64,000 nt of DNA from a virus. Under the pieces are notes generated by a model. That model was not told where the DNA came from. It saw only the letters and a program-made list of their open reading frames with translations, and did not search any database. Of the stretch, positions 26,696 through 37,134 are shown piece by piece. Every line of letters begins with the position of its first letter. Within the stretch, counting starts at the first letter, position 1. The stretch lies in IMG/VR virus record IMGVR_UViG_3300009182_000039, positions 1 through 64,000 of that record. The stretch is one strand, 5' to 3'. The translations under genes were made by a program, and so were the position numbers.

Positions 26696-27760
26696 ATGCG
26701 AATCATCGACTGCGACAGTCATTTTTTAACTTGTGATATTTACAAAAATATTGAAGAACAATATCAACAGTTTCTTCCTAGATATGTTTTTGACTCACAC
26801 AATCGTGTAATCGATATACAATTTGATCAAGACCCTTGTGCCTTCGAGGACCCTACTAACAAATTTAATAATTATTGTGACGAAGCTGGAATTAACAATA
26901 TTGATATAAGATTAAACGATTTTAAAAAATTAAAAATAGATTTACAACTACTTGCTCCGCAAGAAAGAGCAATGCGATTTAATTACTCTGTAGAAAAAAA
27001 TCTTGCGGCAGCAATGGCTCATAGTTATAATATAGAAATTAAAAAAATTGTTGATCAATATCCTGATAAATTTTTTGCTGTAGCTTTAGTGCCTTTACAA
27101 GATATAGAGCTTGCTCTTAAAGAAATAAAATGGATTATTTCTAACAATTTTAAAGCCATCTATATAGATTGTGTTTCATATAACCCAGCACAATTTGCCG
27201 GATGTCCAATATCAAATCAAGAAAGAATAGATGAAATTTTTGCTATATGCGAAGAAAAAGAATTAATAATATATCAGCATCATTTTATGCATAAAATTAC
27301 ATCCAATGGCAACAATACTATTAATGATGTATTAAACGGAAACCCAATTAGCAGAGTTAGAATATCTATCTACGATTGGATAACAAATGGTACTTTTGAT
27401 AGGTTTCCTAAACTTCGGGTAATATTCAGCGAAACTGCTGAAAAATTTATAAAACCTATATTTGAAAATTTAAAAAGTGCGTATAACGAAACTAAACTAA
27501 TCTGTAAAGAAGATCCAATAGTATACTTTAAAAAAAACATATTCATTACTATAGAAGTAGAAAATAAAGACAATGTTTACTACTTAATAAACCAATTTGG
27601 CAGCGACCGTTTACTATTTAATACTGATTATCCGCACGTTGACCCAGCAGGGTCAAATAAATGGAACGATGTCGACGATTTATATAAATTAGAATTATCG
27701 CAAAAAGATTTAGAAAATATCGCATTTCGCAATGCTGAAAAGCTATTTAAACTAATATAA
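26696..27760 (+). CDS. Amidohydrolase-2 family (decarboxylase/hydrolase-like)
   Basis: IIDCDSH, FDRFPKLR..FSE, DRLLFNTDYPH. Confidence 0.85.
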   Translation: MRIIDCDSHFLTCDIYKNIEEQYQQFLPRYVFDSHNRVIDIQFDQDPCAFEDPTNKFNNYCDEAGINNIDIRLNDFKKLKIDLQLLAPQERAMRFNYSVEKNLAAAMAHSYNIEIKKIVDQYPDKFFAVALVPLQDIELALKEIKWIISNNFKAIYIDCVSYNPAQFAGCPISNQERIDEIFAICEEKELIIYQHHFMHKITSNGNNTINDVLNGNPISRVRISIYDWITNGTFDRFPKLRVIFSETAEKFIKPIFENLKSAYNETKLICKEDPIVYFKKNIFITIEVENKDNVYYLINQFGSDRLLFNTDYPHVDPAGSNKWNDVDDLYKLELSQKDLENIAFRNAEKLFKLI

Positions 27761-27806
27761 ATAATAACCGCTTCTTCGATAAATAGATTATAAGGAGCAG
27801 CACAAT

Positions 27807-28112
27807 ATGCTACTAACATTCACATTAACAACAACTAAACCAGACGGTGTATTATGGTTTCCCGATTTTTCTGAAGAGAATCGGCAGATTGTTACTCGTA
27901 TTAATACCTGGACTAGTTTGCAACCAGGATTTATTAGACAAACTACCGTAGATATAGATGTAAATACCAGAGTTATGACTTTTGAATTTGATTCTGTAGA
28001 AAATTATGCTAATTGGTTTTCATTAAGAAATCAACTACCGGAGCAAAGTATTCGATTTGCGTATATTAGAGCTAATGGCATGACCGTTACAACAAACGAA
28101 ACTTTATCATAA
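27807..28112 (+). CDS. Small hypothetical protein (alpha/beta)
   Basis: Strong SD AAGGAG; two TAAATA motifs upstream. Confidence 0.75.
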   Translation: MLLTFTLTTTKPDGVLWFPDFSEENRQIVTRINTWTSLQPGFIRQTTVDIDVNTRVMTFEFDSVENYANWFSLRNQLPEQSIRFAYIRANGMTVTTNETLS

Positions 28113-28220
28113 ATTAACCTAGTTCTTTTAATTTTTAGTATAGCACTATACTAGGATATATACTTGTCTCAAAGATGAATAACTTCAAAATTTTTTGAGC
28201 AACTACACTAGGGTACTAAT

Positions 28221-29363
28221 ATGGATGCATTTGACAATTTTCCGCAAGGATATTGGTTAGTCAACAATCAAAAATTTATCAATAAGTACGAAGCATTACT
28301 TTATGCCACAAAACAAAATTTACCGGTACATTATAAATTTTTTAACGAGGTATGGGAATCGTTTGATAGATCGCAACTAGGAAATTTTAGTTTACAAGAA
28401 GTATATAAACAACGAGCACAACAATTAAGAGACAAATACGATTATTTAATTTTATATTTTTCTGGCGGAGCAGATAGTTATAATGTGTTGCGCTCGTTTA
28501 TCGATAATGGAATTAAATTAGACGAAATATGCGTTAAGTGGTGTAATGATACATTAACAGCAAATTCAGTAATTTATAAACCAAATACAACAGAAAAATC
28601 AGCTCGTAACTATTTGAGCGAATGGGATTACGCTATTAAGCCTGTACTCGATGATATTTCTAAAACTTATCCAGAAATTAAAATAGAAATAGTTGATTGG
28701 TTTAAAGATAGAAGTTTAATCGGTAGTGAAGAAATTTTTAAAATAGTTAATCACTGGCACGATGTTGAAGTTCCATCATTAGCTACTTGGTCTCCATCGG
28801 AATTAAAATTAATTGACCAAGGTAAGCGAGTTGGTTCAATATATGGTATTGATAAACCTCAAATTTATTTTGAAGATGATGGGTCAGCTTATATGTTTTT
28901 TCTCGATTCTGCTACAACTATGGGTACTCCAAATCCATGTAATGTATACGGTACTGAATATTTTTACTGGGCGCCAAGTTTTCCGTTAATTACTTTTGAA
29001 ACTGCTAGTGCGGCTATTGCTGCATTTAGAACTGACACTATTTTAAAATCTGCTGTGTTTGATAAAGAAGTTAAAACTAATTTAAGAAAATTTGTTGAAC
29101 GAATACAAATACAACAAAAAAATTTAAGAAGTGTACTGTATGATAATTGGACTAATCGATTTCAAGCATCAAAACCACTAGCTCTCAATCGTTCCGATAA
29201 ACACTTTTGGATTTACAGAAGTCCAGAATTAAAGAATTTTAAAAATAGTTACCAGGATATGATAAAGTTGCATACTAGCCAACTGAGACCCGATATGATT
29301 TATACTGGGCTTACTACAACTATGTATAAATTTATAGCATCTAAAAAATTTTTTATATCATGA
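28221..29363 (+). CDS. PP-loop protein, third paralogue
   Basis: RAQQLRDKYDY...SGGADS, GIDKP. Confidence 0.75.
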   Translation: MDAFDNFPQGYWLVNNQKFINKYEALLYATKQNLPVHYKFFNEVWESFDRSQLGNFSLQEVYKQRAQQLRDKYDYLILYFSGGADSYNVLRSFIDNGIKLDEICVKWCNDTLTANSVIYKPNTTEKSARNYLSEWDYAIKPVLDDISKTYPEIKIEIVDWFKDRSLIGSEEIFKIVNHWHDVEVPSLATWSPSELKLIDQGKRVGSIYGIDKPQIYFEDDGSAYMFFLDSATTMGTPNPCNVYGTEYFYWAPSFPLITFETASAAIAAFRTDTILKSAVFDKEVKTNLRKFVERIQIQQKNLRSVLYDNWTNRFQASKPLALNRSDKHFWIYRSPELKNFKNSYQDMIKLHTSQLRPDMIYTGLTTTMYKFIASKKFFIS

Positions 29364-30265
29364 CACCACAAGAATTATTAAAATTAAAAAGTCTTCCGTA
29401 TGGTAGCATTCACGCAATTTCTGATCCTTATATGGAAGCAGAAGTTAATAAAATTATTACCAAAGTTACACGAGACGGATGCTTGAATAACCCTACTATA
29501 CACACTAAATTTTTAAATAGATTCTACGACTGGATTTTAGAAACAAAGAACAACACAATTACAGGATTAGAAAACTTTACTGCTAAAGTAATTACTAACG
29601 GATCAACAGAAGCATTCGATAAGTTTTATTTAAAAAATAAAACTCGTAGACTACGCTATTTTAAAGGCGAGTATATGTATCATGCCGCCGCTAGTAAAAG
29701 TTATTTTGAATTAGCACCGCATATAGACGATGCGCCAATAGATTCCAACGATGTTATAGTAATAAGTTTACCATTTGCCGACACAGGCGGCGAGCATACA
29801 AGAATGAATGAAATATTAACTACTTGTAGCAAGTTGGATGTGCCTGTATTAATAGATTGCTGTTATTACGGTGCGTGTGCCAACTTAACTATGAATTTTA
29901 ATTATAGTTGTATTACTGATATTACCTTTAGTCTAGCAAAAAGTTTTCCTGTAGGTTTTATGCGAGTGGGCATGCGTTTAACTCGAGAAGATAACAATGA
30001 TCCATTATTTGTTTATAATAAGAATAACTATGTTAATCGTATTGCAGCCGCGGTAGGATTAGAATTGCTAAATGTGTATAGTCCTGATTATAACTACAAT
30101 GCCTATCAGTATGTACAAAAATATTTTTGTAAAGAGTTAGGAGTTGAGCCTTCTAAATGTGTATTTTTTGCTACGAGTAAAGACAAATTTCCAGAATATA
30201 ATCGCGGAACAGATTCAAATCGGTTGTGCTTTTCAAAATACTTGTATCAGCAAAAACTGCCGTAA
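29360..30265 (+). CDS. PLP-dependent fold-type I enzyme-like
   Basis: NGSTEA, PVLID, FSLAKSF...RVG (putative Schiff-base Lys). Confidence 0.65.
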   Translation: MTPQELLKLKSLPYGSIHAISDPYMEAEVNKIITKVTRDGCLNNPTIHTKFLNRFYDWILETKNNTITGLENFTAKVITNGSTEAFDKFYLKNKTRRLRYFKGEYMYHAAASKSYFELAPHIDDAPIDSNDVIVISLPFADTGGEHTRMNEILTTCSKLDVPVLIDCCYYGACANLTMNFNYSCITDITFSLAKSFPVGFMRVGMRLTREDNNDPLFVYNKNNYVNRIAAAVGLELLNVYSPDYNYNAYQYVQKYFCKELGVEPSKCVFFATSKDKFPEYNRGTDSNRLCFSKYLYQQKLP

Positions 30266-30267
30266 AT

Positions 30268-30951
30268 TTATTTTTGTTTAGCATCATCTAAGTATTTTTC
30301 CCACAGTGGTAACAAACAGTTGTCGTATGATTTTTTAACTCCGATTTCATCTAACCATTTGTATACTTCAGGTGTATTTGAATGTTCTTTAATCGTGACT
30401 GCCGTTTCGTTGGCCGGTAGCACATCAATAACAGCAGTATATATATTTGTAATACTATTATTTTGCGCCCAGTGAGGAATATATCCGTTAGTGTCATATA
30501 CAACACCATCTTCAAAAATATACTGATCATCATCAAAGTACAAATAAGGAGTACTGTCGTGTATTATTGGCAGAACAATCCTACGGCAATATTTAAATAT
30601 GTTATATGGGCCATCTGTATGTCTATGAACTTTATGCCCTGGCGGTAATCTTATGATGCAAGCCCGTACAGTAGAACCATTAATTATTTTTTCTACCTGA
30701 TTTAATAAATTTACCCAACTGTTTTTAAATTCTTCATTTTCGCATATATTAATATTATTAATAGTATGTAGAAAATTGTCAAGAGTTTCGGTATGATTTT
30801 GTAGCCACAAACTATGACAATCGCTAAAATTTTTATTGACTTTACGCCTGGAATCTTGAGCCCATACCATTTCAGGTAGTTCTAATAATGGTTTTTTAAT
30901 ATCAGTAACATTAAGTTTTCCTAATATCTGAACTTTCCCGTCAAGATACAT
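30268..30951 (-). CDS. Asp/Asn beta-hydroxylase-like Fe/2OG oxygenase
   Basis: RLPPG..V.RHTD...PHWAQN. Confidence 0.7.
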   Translation of the reverse strand: MYLDGKVQILGKLNVTDIKKPLLELPEMVWAQDSRRKVNKNFSDCHSLWLQNHTETLDNFLHTINNINICENEEFKNSWVNLLNQVEKIINGSTVRACIIRLPPGHKVHRHTDGPYNIFKYCRRIVLPIIHDSTPYLYFDDDQYIFEDGVVYDTNGYIPHWAQNNSITNIYTAVIDVLPANETAVTIKEHSNTPEVYKWLDEIGVKKSYDNCLLPLWEKYLDDAKQK

Positions 30952-32388
30952 TTAATACTCCATAGCTTTATCGTAATATTTACTAATCATTATATCTGTT
31001 AAATTTTGTTCTTTTCTTATTTTGTGTATTTTTTTGTAAGTAGAATTTAAAATAACATCGCGAGTAAACCCTAGATTTTTTAAAGACGAATAATTCCACA
31101 CGCTTGGAATTCTGATTGATCTTGTTTGTTTACGATTATTTTCGCACCAAGCGTGAGCCTGTCTTTCTGTTACAAAATCTGTTTCCCAATCTGGTCCATT
31201 AAATCTGTAACCATATTTTTCTGGTTCTTTTTCAAATTCGCTTAACCCTAATGTAGGCGCTATATACAATTTATTATAATGCCAGTCGTGTACTTTAGAT
31301 TGTATTAACCAATCGTTGGATTCTTCCCAATCTTGTTCTGTTTCTTTACCTAATCCAGCAATCATAGAAACATTAACAATAACATCATCTCCCCATGTTT
31401 CGCCAATGTATGTTAAAAACTTTTTGTTATTCTTAGCTCCCCATCCCTTGCCAATCATAGTACACGAAAGCGGATCAAATGATTCAATTCCAAAATGACA
31501 ACTAGACAATCCAGACTCAGGCAATATTTCAAGTTGCTCCGGCCATATACTTAATAAATCCATTCTAACATACCCAATAAATTCTATTTTAAACGGTAAC
31601 TCTTTAGTCATAGCATAGAATTGTTTAGTTCTTTCCCTGTGCGAGTTTAATGTATCATCTGTGATGTGATAAGCTGTGGTTCCAAATTTTTCGTAGTTAG
31701 ATATAAGAGAATCTCTAATGTTCGACATATCTTTGTTAAAATCATCTTTGTCTTTTCCAATATGTGGATACTGACAGAACTTACATTTAAAAATACAACC
31801 CCGACTAAATTCTAAAGGTAAAGATTCGCCTGGCAAAATAAAATCATTTTCAGCAAATGTCATATTACATGATTGAATATTGTATAAAGTAGTGGCGTTA
31901 TAAATTTTGTTAAGTCCTGGTCCTAGCGTAAAAACAGGAGCTAGTGTGCCTTTAAAAATATAATTACAATATTCTAAAAAAGAATGTTCTGCTTCGCCAT
32001 CAAATATCCCATCTAATTTAAAATTAATTTTTTTATACCCCCCAGACATAAATCCCCTTACCCATTGGCCTCCGGCAACTATTTTAACCCAGGGAAAGTT
32101 ATCCTTGATTTCATTAAGAATATCAAATATTGGTTGTTCACCTTTTGTCATTTGTTGCGGACTTTCTAGCATACAAAATGGAGAATATCCTATTACTTTT
32201 GTTTCGTGCGTTATAAACTTTTTAAACAATGTTAATCTTTGTTCACTAGTCATAAAATATAAGAACTCTAGTACTTGTGTTGAAAATCCATGTTGCCGTA
32301 GCCACCACGCAATTTGGTATGGCCCTAAATATCTTACTTGTCGACCAGGGTCTGTATTAGTTGTTAGTATTACTACTTGCATTAGCAA
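30952..32388 (-). CDS. B12-binding radical SAM enzyme
   Basis: N-terminal cobalamin-binding-like domain, RGCIFKCKFC, GIES. Confidence 0.85.
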   Translation of the reverse strand: MLMQVVILTTNTDPGRQVRYLGPYQIAWWLRQHGFSTQVLEFLYFMTSEQRLTLFKKFITHETKVIGYSPFCMLESPQQMTKGEQPIFDILNEIKDNFPWVKIVAGGQWVRGFMSGGYKKINFKLDGIFDGEAEHSFLEYCNYIFKGTLAPVFTLGPGLNKIYNATTLYNIQSCNMTFAENDFILPGESLPLEFSRGCIFKCKFCQYPHIGKDKDDFNKDMSNIRDSLISNYEKFGTTAYHITDDTLNSHRERTKQFYAMTKELPFKIEFIGYVRMDLLSIWPEQLEILPESGLSSCHFGIESFDPLSCTMIGKGWGAKNNKKFLTYIGETWGDDVIVNVSMIAGLGKETEQDWEESNDWLIQSKVHDWHYNKLYIAPTLGLSEFEKEPEKYGYRFNGPDWETDFVTERQAHAWCENNRKQTRSIRIPSVWNYSSLKNLGFTRDVILNSTYKKIHKIRKEQNLTDIMISKYYDKAMEY

Positions 32389-32968
32389 TTAATCCTTGTT
32401 GGTCCAAATCTGACACTAAATTATTATAAGATGTAAAATCAGCCGGACCACCTAACAATGTAGTTGTTGGTGTTTTACTAAATGCAGCAAGAGTTAATAC
32501 ATACCTATTTTTTTTACTATAGTTAATTGCCATATGTGGAATTTGAGCATTTAACAGATAAAAAGTCTGCGGTTCGTATTTTAAACGACTAAATCGCTGA
32601 TAGGTAAATTGAGTAATATCCAAATTAATTTCTTTAGGATATTCATGAGCAAAAAGTGTTAGATAGTCATCGTCATCTGTTAATAACAAATTAAATGACC
32701 ACATTCTCCACGCATCTCGATGCCAGTTATATTGATGTTCTGACTCTATTAAAAATATTTTAGCCCCTAAATTATATTTTTTCATTAAATCGTAAATAGG
32801 TTCTCCCTTAAAATAATCTGCTGTCAAATTATGTCTAAGAAAAGTTCTATTACTATCATATAGCTTAACATCTACATGTTGGTAATTGTAATTTAAGTGA
32901 TCCGTAAAAATTGGATGATCTTTCGGAAGTGTGATATTTAATTTTTCAAAACAACTATTGTTATTCAT
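32357..32968 (-). CDS. Fe(II)/2OG-type oxygenase-like protein
   Basis: WHRD...FN...PHMAIN...RYVLTL. Confidence 0.65.
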   Translation of the reverse strand: MNNNSCFEKLNITLPKDHPIFTDHLNYNYQHVDVKLYDSNRTFLRHNLTADYFKGEPIYDLMKKYNLGAKIFLIESEHQYNWHRDAWRMWSFNLLLTDDDDYLTLFAHEYPKEINLDITQFTYQRFSRLKYEPQTFYLLNAQIPHMAINYSKKNRYVLTLAAFSKTPTTTLLGGPADFTSYNNLVSDLDQQGLIANASSNTNN

Positions 32969-33729
32969 AGTTTATACACAGAGGTAGGGGTGGCTTCTGC
33001 TAATCGCTTATCTGTTTCAGCAGTCCGTAACCCAGTAATCGTTAAATTAGGTCTAGGTTTAGTACTAACATTGGCTGTACTATGCGGTACATTTAATGTA
33101 TCAAAAATGTGTACATCGCCGGCGTGCCATTGATTGTGAAATAAATTGCCGTATGTTACATATTGGCCTGGTTCAAAATCATCTAAATTTACAATAATAC
33201 GAACAATGCGTGATGGATCTCCTGGATTTCTATGCCATAGTTTATCGACGTGAACAGCAAAAAATTGACCGGGCCATTGTACATGAGCGCGGTAACTTAC
33301 ATTTTCTAAACACCAATAATCCACAATCTTTTTAATACTGGAAAACTGATCTAAATAATCTTCTAATACAACATTAGTGTATTCAATGTCCTTAAGACCG
33401 CGAACTTCTCTATCGTGTTCTTCTTGACTAATCATCGGGCTAACACCACCCTTAAATCCTGGACGATTGCCTGACTTAGTAATGGCCGCCCAATCCAGTT
33501 CTTTAGATTTTTCTATAATTTTAGCAACATCAGCAGGATCTATACCTTCAAAATTTCCTAATAAATGAAACCAATCGCCAATTTGTTCTTCTTTAAATTT
33601 ATCAAAATGATAATTACTCAAAGTTTTACTATAATCCCAGGAGCTTTTAAATTTGGCACCATCTTGGTGATTAAAGTCTGCTGGTAGTTGTTTAAATTTA
33701 GTTCTATTAGCATATTGATTGATGTCCAT
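32965..33729 (-). CDS. Fe(II)/2OG-type oxygenase-like protein
   Basis: Q.PGQ...HVD...PHSTAN...R..L.ITG. Confidence 0.65.
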   Translation of the reverse strand: MDINQYANRTKFKQLPADFNHQDGAKFKSSWDYSKTLSNYHFDKFKEEQIGDWFHLLGNFEGIDPADVAKIIEKSKELDWAAITKSGNRPGFKGGVSPMISQEEHDREVRGLKDIEYTNVVLEDYLDQFSSIKKIVDYWCLENVSYRAHVQWPGQFFAVHVDKLWHRNPGDPSRIVRIIVNLDDFEPGQYVTYGNLFHNQWHAGDVHIFDTLNVPHSTANVSTKPRPNLTITGLRTAETDKRLAEATPTSVYKL

Positions 33730-33745
33730 AATACTATTTATACTC

Positions 33746-34669
33746 TTAATTTTTAATCTTAGCTAATTTTTGTTTACTAGCATTCACAGCTTCGATAAAC
33801 GGCTGTGCGCCTGGAGTAGCTTTGATTGTAAAATCTTTTACAAATTCTTCTTGAACTTGTTTGTTACTGAGGTAATTGTTTAAATATTCGCCCCAAAATC
33901 TTACAGCAGAAGGATCTGTGTTTTTGTGTACAACAATACCAAACCCATCATATTCTTTCCACTTAGGAAATTTAGATTCTATTGTTGGAGCATTATATTC
34001 AGGAAGTTTAGCTCTTGTAGTAGCCAACAATCTAAGTTTACCAGCATCTACATGACCTTTCACTAAGGTAAAAGGAACTTGTGCTACATCAACTGTGCCG
34101 CTTAATAAATCGTTGATCACTGGACCGCCTCCCTTATAAGGAACTAATAAAGGTTTGTTTTTAGATTTAGCAAATACAAACAACTGTTCCAACAACATAA
34201 GTTGGCCTGGCGCACCGTAACCAAATTTTATATCGTCACCACGAGCTAATCCTTTAGTGAGATCGTCTATGGACATAATAGATGTTTTTGGATTAGTTAC
34301 AAAAGCACCTATACTGTCGCGGATGCCGCCGATTACTTGTACTTGTTCATTAGGATATTGTAGCGTATAGTTAGCTACTACTCCTACTGTAGTAACTGTA
34401 ATAGTGTATCCGTCTGCGGATGCTGTTTGTAATTCGCGCATACTTACAATCCCGTCTGCTCCAGGTTTGTACACAGCAACTAATTCAATTCCTCTATCTA
34501 TAGAATATTTTTGTAAATTTCTAAAAGTCATGTCTACACCACCACCTGGCGCAAACGGAATAATAACTGTAACTGGTTTTTTGTTAGGATAAAATCCAGC
34601 GGCATTTCCTGAAATAGAAACTGCCATAGCCAAAATAAACGCCAAGGTAAATCGATTTAAAAAATTCAT
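33746..34669 (-). CDS. Bug/TctC solute-binding protein
   Basis: Signal peptide, IIPFAPGGGVD, KPGADG, ADGYT, VPYKGG. Confidence 0.92.
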   Translation of the reverse strand: MNFLNRFTLAFILAMAVSISGNAAGFYPNKKPVTVIIPFAPGGGVDMTFRNLQKYSIDRGIELVAVYKPGADGIVSMRELQTASADGYTITVTTVGVVANYTLQYPNEQVQVIGGIRDSIGAFVTNPKTSIMSIDDLTKGLARGDDIKFGYGAPGQLMLLEQLFVFAKSKNKPLLVPYKGGGPVINDLLSGTVDVAQVPFTLVKGHVDAGKLRLLATTRAKLPEYNAPTIESKFPKWKEYDGFGIVVHKNTDPSAVRFWGEYLNNYLSNKQVQEEFVKDFTIKATPGAQPFIEAVNASKQKLAKIKN

Positions 34670-34704
34670 AATTTCTCCGAATAATAATTTATAATACAGT
34701 TTTT

Positions 34705-36246
34705 TTACAACAAAGTCAAGTACTTTTGAAAGTGGTTTATATCTAATTGTTTGATATATTCTTCGGTTTCAGAAACGGTCATTCCATCAAATGGACGATT
34801 ATTGATTACAGCCGGGAGTAATTGAGCTTTATACTGTTCTGGAAGTAATGATTTAACAAAGGCAAAATTATGTTTACCAATCTTACCTTTTGCTAATTTT
34901 AATTTATTATACTTTTCATGAATTATGTCAGCATCGCGGGTCGCTTCGATAAAATTGTAAGTATCTGTTTGCCAAATTAAACAATCATCTTGAACTACCG
35001 TTCGTATTCTATCACTAATAATTTTAAATTCACTAGTATCCATAATTCTATAACCACTTTCAGCATAATGTTCATCTAAATAGCTAATACCAGTAGTTGG
35101 CATAATATACAAAGGCTTAACAAAAAATGAATGTAATGTTTTGTTTTTGTATTGTTCTGCTAACCACGCATCAAGCTCGTGTGCTGTAGCTGGTGTATCA
35201 TAACGCAAACCAAGAATAAAACTAGCATTAACAAATACATCATCTTTCCACACTTTGTGAATTTTGTTAAGTGTTTCTTCTATACGTTTTACTCCCAAGC
35301 CCTTACCTACTGCTTTACCGCTACGATCATTAATAGTTTCAAGTCCAAAGGAGCAAGCTTCTAAACCCATGTCTTTTAACTTTTGTGTCATACTAGGAAA
35401 CTTCCATAGCAAGTCTAATCGTAAAAAGCCGCCGAATGTAGGTTTAAAAGGTAAGTTGCTAACGGCATCTAATAACATATCTACTTTTTCTTCACTATCG
35501 TTAATAGTTTCGTCGGCAACATAGTAATCAGTTGTGCCCCATTCGTTGTAATTGCGAATTAATTCTTCACGAATGAGATTTTTTTGTTTAGTATAGTCGC
35601 CCATCTTCTTACCAATAAGGTCATACCCACAAAACTTACATTTAAAAATACAGCCGCGGGCTATTTCAATAGGCAAGCCTTCCCCGTGTTGGATTCCATC
35701 CTCGTTAGTAAAATAGTTAAATGTAGAATTAAAGTCATCAAAGGCATAAGTCTTATCTGTGATAATTCTAGGTTTAGTCACAGTATTAAATGTAATCTTT
35801 TCACCTTGTGTAATATGTTTAAGCAATTTTATAATAGCGGTTTCGCCCTGTCCTTTGACTGCGTAGTCAAAGTAATTAAAGTTTGCTAAAAACGCATCGT
35901 TTGCTCCAGTAACTTGTGCTCCACCTAAACATAATTTTATGTGCGGAAATAGTTCTTTTAGTTGTGTGAAACGTTCGCGAGTTTTGTCATTTGTAATACC
36001 AAAGAACTGAGAGTCTTCTAAATTTGCTAGTACTGTGGCCCCAAGCCCGACTAATACTGTACTATCAGAGATAAATTGATTAGCCAATTCATAGAATTGT
36101 TCGTCGGATAACTTTACATATCCGTGTATGACTTTTACAGTATAACCATTTTCTCTCAAATGATTTGCTAGACGGTATACTCCCATACCTTTACCGTGTA
36201 GCGGACGATATATATCGGAAAATAAAATAATGTTATAATTTGGCAT
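34705..36246 (-). CDS. B12-binding radical SAM enzyme, paralogue
   Basis: RGCIFKCKFC, DET.ND, GLET. Confidence 0.85.
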   Translation of the reverse strand: MPNYNIILFSDIYRPLHGKGMGVYRLANHLRENGYTVKVIHGYVKLSDEQFYELANQFISDSTVLVGLGATVLANLEDSQFFGITNDKTRERFTQLKELFPHIKLCLGGAQVTGANDAFLANFNYFDYAVKGQGETAIIKLLKHITQGEKITFNTVTKPRIITDKTYAFDDFNSTFNYFTNEDGIQHGEGLPIEIARGCIFKCKFCGYDLIGKKMGDYTKQKNLIREELIRNYNEWGTTDYYVADETINDSEEKVDMLLDAVSNLPFKPTFGGFLRLDLLWKFPSMTQKLKDMGLEACSFGLETINDRSGKAVGKGLGVKRIEETLNKIHKVWKDDVFVNASFILGLRYDTPATAHELDAWLAEQYKNKTLHSFFVKPLYIMPTTGISYLDEHYAESGYRIMDTSEFKIISDRIRTVVQDDCLIWQTDTYNFIEATRDADIIHEKYNKLKLAKGKIGKHNFAFVKSLLPEQYKAQLLPAVINNRPFDGMTVSETEEYIKQLDINHFQKYLTLL

Positions 36247-36291
36247 GATCTATTTATTTTAACATAAATTCACACTAATGTAAATACATTT

Positions 36292-37134
36292 ATGCTATTT
36301 GACAACCCTCCTAAAATACTATCACATATTTCAGCATTAGATTTTGGAAATTTCGTTGCTCCAGAATATATTCTTAATAAAGGCGATACCGATGTAAATT
36401 TATTTCACCGGTATTGTCCCCATCGTATGTATCCACTTGGCGAACCTGGAAAAATTGTAAATGAAATAGTTTGTAAATTTCATGGCTACAAGTGGGCTAA
36501 AGATGGAACTGCTGTCAATAATGATAAAAAATTATCATGCGGTGTTGCTGTAGTTGGTAAATCTGGATTAGTATTTAAAGATTTTGTAGAACCCGATCAC
36601 TACTGGGTAGAAGATCTTGCTAAAGAAACTAATTTAGAATTTAGTCATATAGTAGAAGGTAAAAGTTCTGGTAGTTGGCTTTGGATGATGGAAATTCAAG
36701 CAGACTTATTACATATACGCAAAGGCGATGATGTCGTACACCCTACTCTTGCCAAGGTAACAAACTTAGACAATGTTGGCATGGAGCAAGGCAATGGTTG
36801 GATACTCCAAACGTGTAGTACCGGATGGTGGTTGTTTATCTATCCCTTTACATTTATTGAATATAGCCCAGGATGTTTATCGGTCAACTATACAATACCT
36901 AATGATACAGATAATGAGTTTGGCTTTGATTGGATTACACAATTTTTCTACGACCCAGTAACTACAACCGACAAACGACATGACTTTGAAACATTAAGCG
37001 ATGTATTTAACGAAGATGTTAGCACAATCGAATTACAAAAAGGAAAATATTTTCCTTTGATGAAAACCGTTAATCACTTAGAAGATCACTGCATTCATTT
37101 CGGACAATGGGTTACTAAGAACCGATCTGCTTAA
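36292..37134 (+). CDS. Rieske non-heme iron oxygenase
   Basis: CPHR...CKFHG Rieske motif; E...D..H....H and EDV catalytic-type residues. Confidence 0.85.
   Translation: MLFDNPPKILSHISALDFGNFVAPEYILNKGDTDVNLFHRYCPHRMYPLGEPGKIVNEIVCKFHGYKWAKDGTAVNNDKKLSCGVAVVGKSGLVFKDFVEPDHYWVEDLAKETNLEFSHIVEGKSSGSWLWMMEIQADLLHIRKGDDVVHPTLAKVTNLDNVGMEQGNGWILQTCSTGWWLFIYPFTFIEYSPGCLSVNYTIPNDTDNEFGFDWITQFFYDPVTTTDKRHDFETLSDVFNEDVSTIELQKGKYFPLMKTVNHLEDHCIHFGQWVTKNRSA

Noticed and set aside
27807-28112. RiPP precursor for the enzyme cluster
   Set aside because: Looks like a folded alpha/beta protein with no leader/core pattern; no peptidase or exporter nearby
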